DNA from: Malacoraja senta
Lineage: Eukaryota
Direction: 5' to 3'
Assembly (NCBI GenBank): GCA_038087875.1
Contig: CM075987.1
Span: forward strand, 19,346,001-19,410,000
Length of the DNA: 64,000 nt
The notes below the pieces were generated by a model. That model was not told the DNA's origin. It saw only the letters and a list, made by a program, of their open reading frames with translations, and did not search any database. Positions 12,733 to 25,500 of the stretch are shown in pieces (within the stretch, counting starts at the first letter, position 1; every line of letters begins with the position of its first letter). Position numbers and translations under genes: made by a program.

Positions 12733-13541
12733 GCAGAGTACTTAGAGACATTTGAAGAGGAGGGGAGATTCAGCATTTGGCAATAAAATCTCTTTATTGT
12801 GAAGCTTAGTAGCCATAGTAGCATTGTGAAAGGAAGCATCTGTATGCTTTACAATGGAGAGTAATTGCAAAGCCATGGGAAAATAGAGAGTAGGTATCAT
12901 TAATTTGTCATGCGGCTTGGGACAGGCACTCTGGCGAACAGCTGCCTCTTATTTATTTTCACATGTTTATTTTCACATGTTCAAATTATAATGTTTTCTT
13001 TAATTGTCTGCTGTGTATCATATTTTTACCATGTGCGAGCAAAGCACCAAGTCAAATTCCTTGTATGTATACATACTTAACCAATAAATATATTCTGACT
13101 TCTGACTTCTGACTCTTATGCATTTGTTTTTCTTTTGGAAAACCAGCCCTTTCCAACTGTCTGGATGGAATCAAATCGCAGGCCTTTACTGCACTCATGT
13201 TCAACTGCATTTAGTTCATACTTCATCCGTTAGTGTCTGTCTCTGTGCGGCAGTATGATATGAAAGAATGCTCGCTATGATTGATGGGAGAAATGATGTG
13301 CAGTGCAACTTTGAGACTGGTGTCTGCATGATAGGACATAGAAGATTTCAACACCTTCAGGAGTAACTAGAAAAGGCAGTTGGTGGGATATTGCTTCTAT
13401 CTGCAGCAGTCAAGCAAAACATTGGAACTACTTTTTGCTGGAGTACAATCTGTTTGAAACAAACCAAAGCTTCACAATAAAGAGATTTTATTTCCAAATG
13501 CTGAATCTCCCCTCCTCTTCAAATGTCTCTAAGTACTCTGC
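12733..13541. repeat. 75-bp inverted repeat (12733-12807 / 13467-13541)
   Basis: The arms are reverse complements with one mismatch; spacer of about 660 bp. Confidence 0.93.
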
Positions 13542-13704
13542 TGGTTTCACTTCCCACTGGAGTTGGTGATTAGGGCAATAGCAAAATCTCAATGCTTAAA
13601 AACAGTGACAAGATATTTCCCATGCACCTGAGAGGGAAGACAAGGTCTCGGTCTAATGTCTCATAGAAAAGATGGCACCTTTGTCAGTGCATGCAACCCT
13701 GGAA

Positions 13705-14150
13705 AACTGTAGAAGAGATTCACTAGGATGTTACCTGGATTTGTGGGCTTGAATTATAGGGAGAGGTTAGATAGGCTGGGACCTTTTTCTTTGGAGCGTA
13801 GATGTTGAGGGGTTATCTTATTGAGGTGCACAAGATCATGAGGGGTGAGGCAAAAGTGAAGTTTCACAGTCTTTTACTCAGAGTAGAGGATTCTTAAACT
13901 AAAGGGTACTGGCTTAAGATGAGAGGGGAGAGATTTAAGAGGGACCTCAGGGGCAATATTTTAACTCAGAAAGTAATATGTATCTGGAATTAGCTGTCAC
14001 AACTTTCAAAAAATATATTTTGACTGATACATGGATAGGAACGGTTTGGAGGGATGTAGGCCAAATGCAGACATGGAACTATCCAATATGCCATCTTGGT
14101 CAGAATGGATAAGGTGGGCTGAAGGGCCTGTGTCTGTGCTGCACAGTTCC
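13705..14150 (+). mobile_element. Degenerate CR1 LINE 3' fragment
   Basis: ORF2 end and 3' UTR pattern (gggctgaagggcctgt). Confidence 0.75.
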
Positions 14151-15094
14151 ATGGCCCCACAAATGGATCTGTCCCAGTGTAAAGCAGTACAGTAATATTC
14201 CAGAGAGGGGACCATCCAATACCTTGGGATCTAGAGTTATTGTACAAAAACCTTTGCATAAAAATTCTGCTTTAAATAATTCTATGAACATAATCATTGC
14301 AAGAATAAGATGACATTCCTTTCACGGTTCATCCTTTGATGGTTGCTTATTTTAAAAGATTCTCTTCACTGTCGTGCTCACATTTTAATGAGTTATTTTG
14401 TTCGTGGATTCTGTTAGCTGCTGGCGTTATGTTTGATACCAAAGGCATGTGGGATTTTTTTTTAAATCAACCTGGAACAAATTTCCAGTAAAATGTCAAT
14501 CACCTGGCTGCACACGAGATGCATTCAATCGAAAGGAGAAAATTTGACACTTTAAAGCTGTCCATCTTGGAAATAATTAGATAACTCCACCCTCAATGCA
14601 GCACGCAGACCACACTGCTTTAAGTCATCATATGGATATAATGCATGCTTTACTGCCCTCTATTCATTGCAATCTGCTGAGGGGAAGCAGTCAATTGGGA
14701 GATTTACAGTTTGCTATAGCCCATGAGCCCATGCAAGCCCTATCCTGTCTCTGATACACTCATTGTCAATGCTCATTGTGTATTCTGACTGATTATATAT
14801 GTCTGCCTTAGAATGCATCATAAGAAGTGATATACGCATAACATAATGGGGGCAGGTTTTGCTTTGCAGATGCTAGTTATTTCTAGCATTTACTATTTAA
14901 TTGTACAATTTTAATATCTGCACTTGTTGACAGTCTCGTGTTGAATTGAGAAGAGCCATTTTATATCTCATAAGAGAGGGTCCGGAGTTTTAAGTGACAA
15001 ATACTGCACAGTTTGCGTTCGAGGGTTAGCAGTTCTAGGGTGCTCACTTCTGATCACACCACCATTACCTAAATTTCTCTATCAAATTAGTCAG

Positions 15095-15535
15095 AAGATG
15101 CTGCCAGGACTCGAGTGCCTGAGCTGTAGGAAGAGGTTGGGCAGGCGAGGACTTTATTCCTTGGCGCACAGGAGGCTGTAGGGTGTATAAAATCATGAGG
15201 GGAATAGTTCGGGTGAATGCAGAGTCCATCACCACTGTGAGGAAATTAAGAGCCAGAAAAATTAGGTTTAAGGTGAGAGAGGAGAGATTTAATAGGAACT
15301 AAAGGGAACTTTTTCCAGAGGGCGGTGGGTATAGGGAATGAGTTGCCAGAGGAGGTAATAGAGGCAGGTACAATAACAGCATTTAAAAGGCACTTGGACA
15401 AGTGTGCGGATAGGGAAGATCGAGAGGGATATGTGTCAGTGGTGGGCAAATGGGACCAGCTTAGATAGGCATCTTGTTCAGCATGGACAAGTTGGGCTGC
15501 AAGGCCTGTTTCCTTGGTCTATGACCCTATGACTT
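15095..15535 (+). mobile_element. Degenerate CR1 LINE 3' fragment
   Basis: ORF2 end, 3' UTR and ctatga-type tail. Confidence 0.75.
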
Positions 15536-15917
15536 TACCTCTCCCTGGCCAATTGGAAAGCAAAAAGTCACGTTGATTCCTCACAGGTTGGAATTTTAGC
15601 CTCTCCAAAAGTCTTTCATTCCTGTTGCAACTCTCAATTTCTTTGTGACTATTAAATGATCAGAGAATATCTTCATATAGAAAGGCACAAATTAATCAGC
15701 GCCAGTCAGCATGGATTTGTTAAGGGAAGGACATTGCTTGCCAATATGATTCAATTTTTTGCATTGGATGTAATCTGTGTGTTTTCACAAGGCTCTTGGC
15801 AAGGAGCCACACAGAATGGTTAAAACATCTGAAAACACGTAACATCAAAAGGGGAAGAATGAATTAGATCCAAAATTGGCTCAGTAACAGAAAGCACATA
15901 GTTGATGGATGCTTTTG

Positions 15918-16300
15918 GAAACAGAGAAATTAGGTGCAAGAGTAGGCCATTTGGCTCCTTGAGTCAGCACTGCCAAGTCAATATGATCATGGCTGATCAT
16001 CCAAAATCAGTACCCTGTTCCTGCTTTCTCCCCATATCCCTTGATTCCATTTGCCCCAAGAGCTAAATCTAACTCTCTCTTGAAAACATCCAGTGAATTG
16101 GCCTCCACTGTCTTCTGTGGCAGGGAATTCCACAGATTCACAATTCTCTGGGTGAAGAGGTTTTTCCTCATCTCAGTCCTAAATGGCCTACTCCTTATTC
16201 TTAAACTGTGACCCCTGGTTCTGGACTCCCCCAACTTTGGGAACATTTTTCATGCATCTAGCCTGTCCAATCCCATAAGAATTTTAAATGTTTCTCTAGA
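15918..16300 (-). mobile_element. CR1 LINE 3' fragment
   Basis: ORF 16007-16246 matches the CR1 ORF2 C-terminus, followed by the CR1 3' UTR. Confidence 0.9.
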
Positions 16301-16734
16301 ATACAAACCATTTCCTGCTGGATTGCACGGGATGCCTTGTTTATTTGTAATATATATTTATGATTTAGACCTAAATGCAGAGTGCATTAGCGGTGCTGGC
16401 TCGAAGGGCCGAATGACTTACTCCTGCACCTATTGTCTATTGTAAAGAAAGCTGCAAATAATATCAACAACAGGGCCAATTTCTGCAAGGTGGAAGACAG
16501 GTGATAGTTGAACAGCACAGTGGCAAATAGAATGTAATCAAGATAAATGTGGGGCAATGCATTTGAAGGGGTGCAATATGCTAAAGAATATGCAATAAAT
16601 GGGGCAGAGAGTTAAAAAGGAACCTTGTCTGCAGATCTTTAAAAGTAACAGACAGATCAATAAATGGTTAAAAATGTGAAAGTGATGCTTTGATTTATTA
16701 GCTGAGGCACAGACTAGAAGAGGCAGGGGAGTTA

Positions 16735-16802
16735 GGGGCTCATGTTGTCGACCTCCCCGTGGTGAGCCCTGTCAACTGACCTCAGTCAGGCGAACGACAA
16801 CA
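16735..16802 (+). ncRNA. HDV-like self-cleaving ribozyme (predicted)
   Basis: P1 GGGGCTC/GAGCCCT (G1.U wobble), P2 TGTTGTCG/CGACAACA, P3 ACC/GGT, L3 TCCCCGT, P4 CTGAC-CTCA-GTCAG, J4/2 GCGAA with the catalytic C at 16791. Confidence 0.85.
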
Positions 16803-16942
16803 AACAGAGACAGCAGCAGCAGCGCAGCTTGGCGCCAACCCGGAGCATGCGCCCTTTTTAGGGCGGGCACCTACGGATGTCGTACCGGATGGCATCACCC
16901 TGCTGTGGACTTCTGCTGCCTCAAACGCAAGAAGAAGAAGAA
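16735..16942 (+). mobile_element. 208-bp non-autonomous non-LTR retroelement with 5' HDV-like ribozyme and (GAA)n tail
   Basis: Flanked by 12-bp direct repeat GCAGGGGAGTTA (16723-16734, 16943-16954); 3' end caagaagaagaagaa; GC-rich; inserted in a degenerate CR1 fragment. Confidence 0.85.
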
Positions 16943-17259
16943 GCAGGGGAGTTATGCTAATACAATATAAACTCTGGTCGTTTTAGCTTTGTACGAGTCT
17001 TGACATCACATTTTTGGAACATGATTGCATTGGAGGGGGTGCAAAGGGGATTTATAAGGATGAAACCAGGACTGGAGCTATTTTAGCTGTAAACAAAAAG
17101 GCTTTATACTGAATTATTGTTTTAAACTTTGGAACAAGGGACACCGAGGGAAGATGTAATTGCTGTGTATAAAATTGAAGGGTTTGCATAAATAAGTATG
17201 TGAAGAGAACAAAGGATCATGAAGACACAAGTAGGTCTTGACAGTGATGCTTTAAGTGC

Positions 17260-17550
17260 AGCACAGTGGTGCAACAGTAGAGTTACTTCCTCACAGCACC
17301 AGAGACCCAGGTTCAATCCTAACTATGGGTGCTGTCTGCAATGAGTTTGTACATTCTTCCTGTGGCCGCATCGGTTTTCTCTGGGTGCTCCGGTCTCCAC
17401 CCACATTCCAAAGATGTACAGGATTGTAGGGTCATTGGCTTCTGTAAATTGCCCCTAGTGCATATGACATGGAACTGCTGTATGCGTGATCAGTGGACTC
17501 AATTAACCATAGCGCCTGTTTCCACACTGTACATTTAAACTAAACTAGAC
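17260..17550 (+). mobile_element. HE1-type SINE
   Basis: tRNA-like head, core and (TAAAC)n tail. Confidence 0.8.
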
Positions 17551-18676
17551 TATATCCACTGGGGATTTTTGAGGAAGTAAATATCCGTATGGAGAATCAG
17601 CAGATGTCGTGCGTTTGGATTTTCAGGAAGCTTTTTATATGGTCCCATGCAAGAGGCTAGTGTGCAAAATTGAAGGACTTGAAATTGCAGCTAATGCATT
17701 GCTGTGGATTGTGAATGATTAGTAGGAACAAAACAGGGTAAAAATAAATGGGTATTTTTCCAGATGGCAGGCAGAGATGAACAAAAATCCTGTCAGGAAT
17801 CAATAATTGAGAACATAGCTAGTCACAATAATTTGGACCCAAGATGTATCAGGTTGGGAGGCTTCTTCCTCCAACAGTTTGTTAATTGGCCCTTGGTTCA
17901 GGTCATAAAGACAGTGTCATACAGTACAGAAACATGCCCGTTGGCCCAACTTGCCCATGCCGACCAAGATGCCCCATCAACATTAGTCCACATTCACCCC
18001 ATATCCCTCTGAACCTTTCCCTTGCATGTACAGATCAAGGGTAAAACAATGAAGGGTGTTGATAATAATAATAATACATTTTATTTATAGAGCGCTTTTC
18101 AGGACTCAAAGTCGCTTGGGCATACGAGGGTGAGAACAAGTTGTAGGGATACAGGATAAGGAGAGGAGTGATAGGATTGCACAGTGGGAACTGACATGGG
18201 CCAATGGGCCGAATCACCTCCTCTGAGAAAGGTTGTACATTGAATGGCTTTCCCCCCCCCACAGAATCAAACACTTAACAAAACATTTTTCTTGAATTAG
18301 CATTATTATTACTTTCAATTACAAAGTTTTTCTTTTATAGAATTCTGCAGATTAAACTGCAGTTACTGGAGAGTCCACAATATTTTTCCACACTTTAATA
18401 ACAAAAGTATTGAAAGTATTACCAGGCTTTAAATGATCAGATAAGGACATGAGGTCTGGGGATGGAGGAACAACGAGAGAAGATAATTTCAACAAAAGAT
18501 TTACAGATGAAGGATTATTATTAGCCACCATTTTTCACAACCATTTAAATTAAGAGGTTACTGGGTCCCATTGATGACAGCAGAACATTGAGGGCAGATA
18601 GGTTATTTCCATTTGTGTCCATGCTATGTCCTACAGACGACCTACTAGGAGAGTCCATATATTTCGCCCCACACCT

Positions 18677-18733
18677 ATCTCTCTCTCTCTCTGTCTCTCT
18701 CTCTATCTCTCTCTGTCTCTCTCTCTCTCTCTG
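18677..18733. repeat. Imperfect (CT)n microsatellite downstream of the ptges stop
   Basis: Direct reading. Confidence 0.9.
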
Positions 18734-19301
18734 TCCCTCCTCCTCCCCCTACCAACACTCACTACCCTCCTTATGCCGCATGACCAACATTTTGTTTCCT
18801 GCCTTTGGTCTGTATGTCCCACCCTTGCTGCACAATCCTCTAAATTCACAGTACGCAAACACAGGGACAGTTACTCATCCCAGTCCACAGGGTGGTATGT
18901 CAGGAGACAGCTCTGGCCACATCCAGCCCGTGACATGGACTTGATGTTACCACTGTGGAAATGTCACCACAGATAGGGATAGATGACTACCTACCATTAC
19001 CTCAACAGAAAACACACTTAAATTAGTTTGAAAAACAAAGAGCCACATATCTTACTCTTTGCAGCAATTTTCAGCAACCTCTTAGATAAATATATTCAAG
19101 TAAAGCAATAGTTCATTCTAATATCTTTGCGCATAATGTACTGAAGCAGAACTTTCATTCTGAAAGACACTTTGGGTATATTTTGCATCACGGCTTCTCC
19201 AAAGTTGATAAAGTGTGCCACGTCATAAACACGTGTTGTTCAGTCCTGAACCATCAATGTTGGGCAACAATACGTCGAGCGTCGCTGTGGAAGGCTTGGC
19301 T

Positions 19302-19551
19302 CTACCAATGGGTCACCGCGTGGGCAAGGATCTGCAGGGCGATGGACACGCAGGGAATCTGTCCAATGGTGTAGGCCAGAGAACGGGTTGGAGCTTTCAT
19401 TGCAAACACATAGGCAACACTATGAACCACCCGAGCTACGAAGAAGACCAGAAAATGGACGTTGGCAATGAAGAGGTTGGGCTCCATCTGCGAGTAGATA
19501 GCACCAAGGAACAAGAAGGCATAGATGTTTTCCATGTCATTGCGGTGGGCT
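19302..19551 (-). CDS. ptges: ptges coding exon 3 (250 nt including TAG)
   Basis: Acceptor ttccttccttcacag|A GCC CAC CGC AAT GAC completes the phase-2 Arg codon; stop TAG at 19302-19304. Confidence 0.97.
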
Positions 19552-22500
19552 CTGTGAAGGAAGGAAAACAGATTAAAATAGTTATTCATTCAACACGGCT
19601 CTGAACATGCTGGAGCGGGTCAGGCAGCACCTGGGGAGGGAATGGACAGACAACATTTCAGGCTGGGACCTTTTTCTATCCCAACCCAAAAAAGTGTCTG
19701 TCCTTTCCCTCCACCAGATGCTGCCTGACCCATCGAGTTCCTCCAGCACTTTGTGTGTTTTGTTCAAGATTCCAGCTCCTGCGGTTTCTTCTGAATATGT
19801 CTGGCTTCATTAAAGATTTTCCTTAAGACTGCTCTCTCTCTCTTTGGGATGTTTCCTATCCAGAGACTTTACATAAACAAACAATGAACAGAGAGCCTGG
19901 TACAATCTTTCAAGACCCAGTGTTTGCTCAACAAAAAAGACACAAGGTGCTGGAGTAACTCAAGCGGGTCAGGCAACATCTCTGGAAAACATGGATAGGT
20001 GATGTTTCTGGTCGAGAAATCACCTCTCCCATCTTGTGGAAAGTGATACCTATTGGCCGTTATACCTCCCGTCGACCAGTGGTTCCAAAGATGGATGCTC
20101 CTGTTGCTGTGGGGGCTGGGGGAAGAATGCAACAAGTATTACAGGGCTCTCTGAGTCTTTAACAATAGAGGTTGCTAGATTAGAACATTCACAAAAACTG
20201 AAAAGTTATATATAAATATCCTTCACACCCAGGTTGCCCTGGACATTGGACATCCTTCAGCCCCCCAGAATTCCCCAACTCATTAAATGAGTAGCCAATA
20301 CATCAGCAGGCTACTACAGGAGATGTTGAGCACGTGTGGTTTATATTTCGCAGCCTCAGAAAAGCAGCCAATGTAACCAAAGACTTCACCCACCGTGGCC
20401 ATTCCTCACTCTCCTCGTTTCCATCGGCAGAGGGCACAGAGCTTGGAAGCGCACACCGCCAGACTCAGGAAAGAGCTTCTTTCTTACTGTTATCAAGCTT
20501 CTGAATGGTCCTTCCATTAGCTAGGGACTGTCCGATTCACCTCAACCCCATTGAGGACATTGGATTTTGTCTTTGGAACTGATGCGCTACAATGCCAAGG
20601 TCTATAAGCTGCATTTTATCTTCCTCTTTGCTCCATCTATTGTACTTGAGTTTGACATGATTGACATGTTATCTTTTTTGATAACATGCAAAAAAGTGCT
20701 TCACTGTATCTCAGTACATGTGACAATAACAAACCTAAACCTGCTGACCCCCATCCTCTAGCACTCCCAACCCTCTTCCTCTGTAGACAAACCACTTAGA
20801 TGTTATAGGTGGGGGGGACAAGGGCAGAGCAGACTGAGTGGCAGAGGATGAGGGGGCCAAACTCTGTATTCATGCAAGTACAGAGAGGCTGCGTCAGGTC
20901 AAAACTGACTTCACTGAACCACAAAACAGGCTGATAGGGCCTTTGGACACTACACCTACTCCTCTACAGTTTCTTAAATCTCTCTGACAAACGTCATTGA
21001 TGTTCCTGCACAAATGTTCTTGCGTTTCCGCCATAACCCGAGTCACAACTCAGCAAAACAATACTTTTGCCCAGAGCTTTGCCCATGGGATTCTGAAAGG
21101 TACTGGAAATTTGCAAATATTTAGCCTTTTTTCCCAAATGACCAGCAAGAGGGGAAACAAGAGGTAAGCAACCAAACTCTGCTGCACTTTGACACTGGAT
21201 TTCTGTGAGGTAACCGTGACCATATGACACAGTAGACAGACGTTGCTTGACCCGTCGAGAACCTTCAGCAGATTGTTGGTCCAGTTCCAGCATCTCCAGT
21301 CTCTCGTGTCTCCAAGGTTAGTTGTTCTCGTCTGTGCTCCAAACCAACATGCTTTCTTCATTAATTTTGGCCAATGCATTGTGCCAGTAGATACACAATC
21401 ATCATTTCCTTTCCCAGTGTTTACGAGAAAAGTTCAGGGAGAATGTTTCCTCAGCAACCAGGGAAATGCAGCTATTATTTTTTTTTAATAAGGCAAACAT
21501 GCTATTTACTACAGACCAGTTTTTATTTCTACAAAGGTTGCATGGAAAAGCAGAGACATTGTGTGTAAGCCACGGTTTGACAATATTTTGAGTGTCGTGA
21601 ATAGTTTCAATTTTCATGGTGTCATAGTTCACAGCTGTATAACAAGAACTAGAAAAATGATATTCAATCGGGCACTGTAGAACCACCCAGGTTTTTTCCT
21701 CCCAAAATGAGCTCAAATGTCATTTCACCTGTTCTAATACTTTGGATATTGCTATATTGTTCACATGTGTTCTGAGTTACAGTGAAAACCTTTGTTTGTG
21801 TGTGATCCAATAAAATCAGATAGCACAATAAAGTCAAACATAAGTACAAAAGGTTGTGTGAAGAGAAAAATACCACTTTGCAGAATATAGGTTCTCGGCA
21901 TTGTAGCGTAGCAGTTCCGGAGGGGGAAATGCAATATCTGCACTGAGGCTGGAAGATCAGGAGTGTACCATCATTTATGGAAGGACTGTGCAGAAGTTTG
22001 ATAAGAGAGGGAGTAGCTGTTCCCGAGCCTATTAAGCTTTTGCATTTTCTAACGAATGGAGAGAAGCGGGAATGACCAGAGTGGGAAAGGTCCTTGATTA
22101 TGCTGGATGCTTTCCAGAAGCAGCGTGACGTGTGGGTGGGGTTGATGCTGGGTGGGGACCATGGTCTGTGATGGACTGAGCTACATCCACAACTCGCTAC
22201 AATGTCTTGCATCTTGGGCTGTGATGCAACACAGTAACTAGTTCACTAGTACATCTGTAAATGTTGGTGAAACTCATTGGAGACATAACGAATTTCACAA
22301 AGCATGATGTTCCACATGGCAAAAATACCTTTGCATACATTATGTAAAACAGAGTCAAAGACTAGATAGGATTTTGGTGGATCCCTCTCCCGATCAACTC
22401 CCTTTCTCCTTTCCATCTTCCCTTTGATCCCAGAAACAGGGACCACCCTTGACTACTCCAGAGGATGAGAAAATGATCTACATTGACATTCCTCCAATCC

Positions 22501-25500
22501 AGGGTGGGAACGAATGAAACAGGACTCTCACTCCTGCAGGTGGAAAAGTCTTCCTTGAAATTTTAGAATCGGAGGTACACGTTGTTTTTAGTACATTTCC
22601 TTTGCCTACACCCCCGTTTTTCAGTTCTCAATAAAATTTTCCTCCTCCTAATGCACTTGTTATTCAATATAACTCGCTTTGTTTCCTCTGTTTTCATTAC
22701 TCTTTTTCTTTGCTTTCTTTATTCTTGAACGTTGGTTTAGCAGAGGGAACTCTGGTGTCCCTTGTTACATAAACGGTGATTATAAGCAAACTCTGGACGT
22801 TAAACGGGGGCTCCTGTGCTGCAGCAGTAAACCGATTACTGGGAAGGTGCTCCCATATCATGAACCAGATAAACGACTGCACATTCATCTCACTGTCCGT
22901 GGGATCTTGCTACATTCAAAGGACTATTATGTTCGAATCCCACACAAGCAAACCCAAACTCAATTGACTGCAAGACCCACCAATTCAACCAGAAGACACA
23001 GATGAAACTTCTTCCCAAAATCAATAGGACACCCTGCAAGTGATATTTTTCCACAGATTGTCTTCATGTAGGAGATTTCACAATGTGCGTGGAATCAGAG
23101 ATCAACTAATGGGACCTTAGGCTGCACCATCTCTGGATGTATCGGACAAGATGCACCAGTTGGCTTTTTGCCATCTTTTAATCAAGGTGTATGCAGTTTT
23201 GTGAGGAATGTGATGGAGATGGGCAAATCCAGCAATATTTTAAATGCAAGGCATAAAGAAATAGGAAAATGCATTTTTCGAGTGTCAACCCACCCCGAGG
23301 GATATCCTAAAATGATTTGTCACTGTCACCTTAAATATAACAGGAACACAAATACAGCAAGAGACCAGAGAGAGTCAAGATAAAAAGTGTTTAATTGTCA
23401 TATGTTTCAAAACGAAACGATGACATTCGTACTTGCAGCAGAATGACAGGTCTGTAAATTGGACAATGATCCGATGATCCATTATTGTGACATGATGGGA
23501 TAAATATTGGCGAAGACTCTGGAGAACTCTCTGCCTTAAAACACCACCACAGGCAGCTTACAACCCAGCGGTATGAATATTGACTTCTCTAACTTCAAGT
23601 AACCCTTGCTTTCCCTCTCTCTCTCAATCCCTCCCCCATCCTAGTTCTAAGACTAGTTTCACTGTCCCACTGATTCCATTTTACTGATTGTATGCCTCGT
23701 TGTCATTTTCCCCTCCGCTAACAATGAACCATTCTACATTCAAGGCATCAAGTCCTAGTTAGGTGTTCCTGCCTTTATACCATGTTCTTAGTGTTCTTTG
23801 TTTTCATATTTGCACCTTTAAGTATTCTGCACACACAAGGAGTGATGTTAAATTTACAACAGCATTGATACGTATAAACATTTTTGGCCTGGGGAGACAG
23901 AATTCCACATTACATTTCTCAGAGGAAAATAATGGGACAGCTGCCAGAGGTATGAGGCATCGGCTGTTGACTGATTTATACATTAAGAAACCCTTGTCTT
24001 AACGAACTTGCCCAATGGAAACCTTGACTTAGAATTTCTCTGCACCTCACACATAGTAATTCTGCTTGTCATTATATGATTTTTCTTTCAAAGGTTATTC
24101 TCTTTGTCATGTTAAAAAAAAAAAAAAAGCATCCTTAACAAATTGGGAGCAAAGAATGAAAGTTCTGGAGCAGAACAAAGTACTGGAGAAACTCAGCTGG
24201 TCAGGCAGCCTCTGTGGAGGGAATGGACAGGTGATGATTGGGATTGGCTCGTGTCTCTATCGCTCAAGATACCAGCATCTGCGTTTCCTTGCGTTTGACA
24301 AATAAATTATTTCCCAGCATCGTCTAATCCTATTGCTCTCTTGCAATCAGACTGAGATGCACAAAACATAAAATGGCAAGAGTTATGAAATGTAAATTGA
24401 GCTCAGCCAACAAGTTATTTTAGCTACTTTAAGGATTTAGTTGGATTGAGATGTGCAATAGACTTTGCCAAGGAACAATTTCACACATCGTTTTTGCATG
24501 AGGCAGAGTCTCAATCTTAAAGAGACTTCACCACGAGAGGAATAAAACCAATAAACATAATCAGTTACCTGTTCTAAATCAAAACAGTGATGCATGTGGA
24601 AATCCACATCCCAATTTCTGAATAACAATTTTGGGAAGGGAGCTGAAGAGGTTACCAAAATTATTTCTTTGGATGCAAGCAGAGAAATTTAGAGTTGAAA
24701 ACAAGACATAACTATTAAGCTAAAAATTAATTTAAAAAAAACTCTGGAGAAACCCAGAGACTGGTCATATTGCAGAACTTGCAAGCACAGGGAGTAATAT
24801 TTGAGAAAAATAGCAGGGAAGTCTTTTGGGAGATTTGTTATGCAGTTCTCAGGAAAGGAACCCTGTGGTAAGTTGTGGACTGTGCGAGTCCCTCCAAGCA
24901 GCAGGCTGCTGTTCACATTACACATAACCCAACATGAAAATACAACTCTGCTTATCATTGCTGATACCCTGGCATTTCCCACCCGACAGCACTGTAGAGC
25001 ACCTTCACCTCAACAACTGCAATGCTTCAAGGTGGCAGCTCACTGCCACCTACAAGGGCATTTTGGGATGGGTAATGAAAATTAGCCTTGACTGCAATCA
25101 ATTGCTACCTTTTGATGAATAAATAAATGAAAAACAATGATTTGGTTACATACATATTGTGGAATGATTACACAAGGGAGCTTAACCAATGTCCCTACTT
25201 TAACTGAACAGCAATATTTGTATTCTGAAGTCCATCTTAAAAAGATAGAACTGTGCGGCACAGGAAGAGGCCCTTTGGTCCACAATGTCTGTGTCAAGCA
25301 TGATGCCAAGTTAAAGCCCTGTCCCACTGTACAAGTTCATTCAAAGAGTTCTCCCGAGTTTGCTCTGATTCGAACTCGGAGATTTTCGGTAATGGCCGCT
25401 CATCGGTACTCGGGGCTCTCGTGGACATTTTTCAACATGTTGAAAAATCTTCACGAGTCTTCCAGAGCTTACCGCGTTTCCCGAGTACCTGCCGTTAGCG

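Noticed and set aside
1..19000. PRRX2 terminal exon expected from mammalian synteny
   Set aside because: No homeobox or OAR motif (SIASLRLKAKE) was found by eye or in the ORF track.
18070..19301. ptges polyadenylation site
   Set aside because: Candidate hexamers (ATTAAA near 18393, AATAAA near 18080) cannot be distinguished without transcript data.
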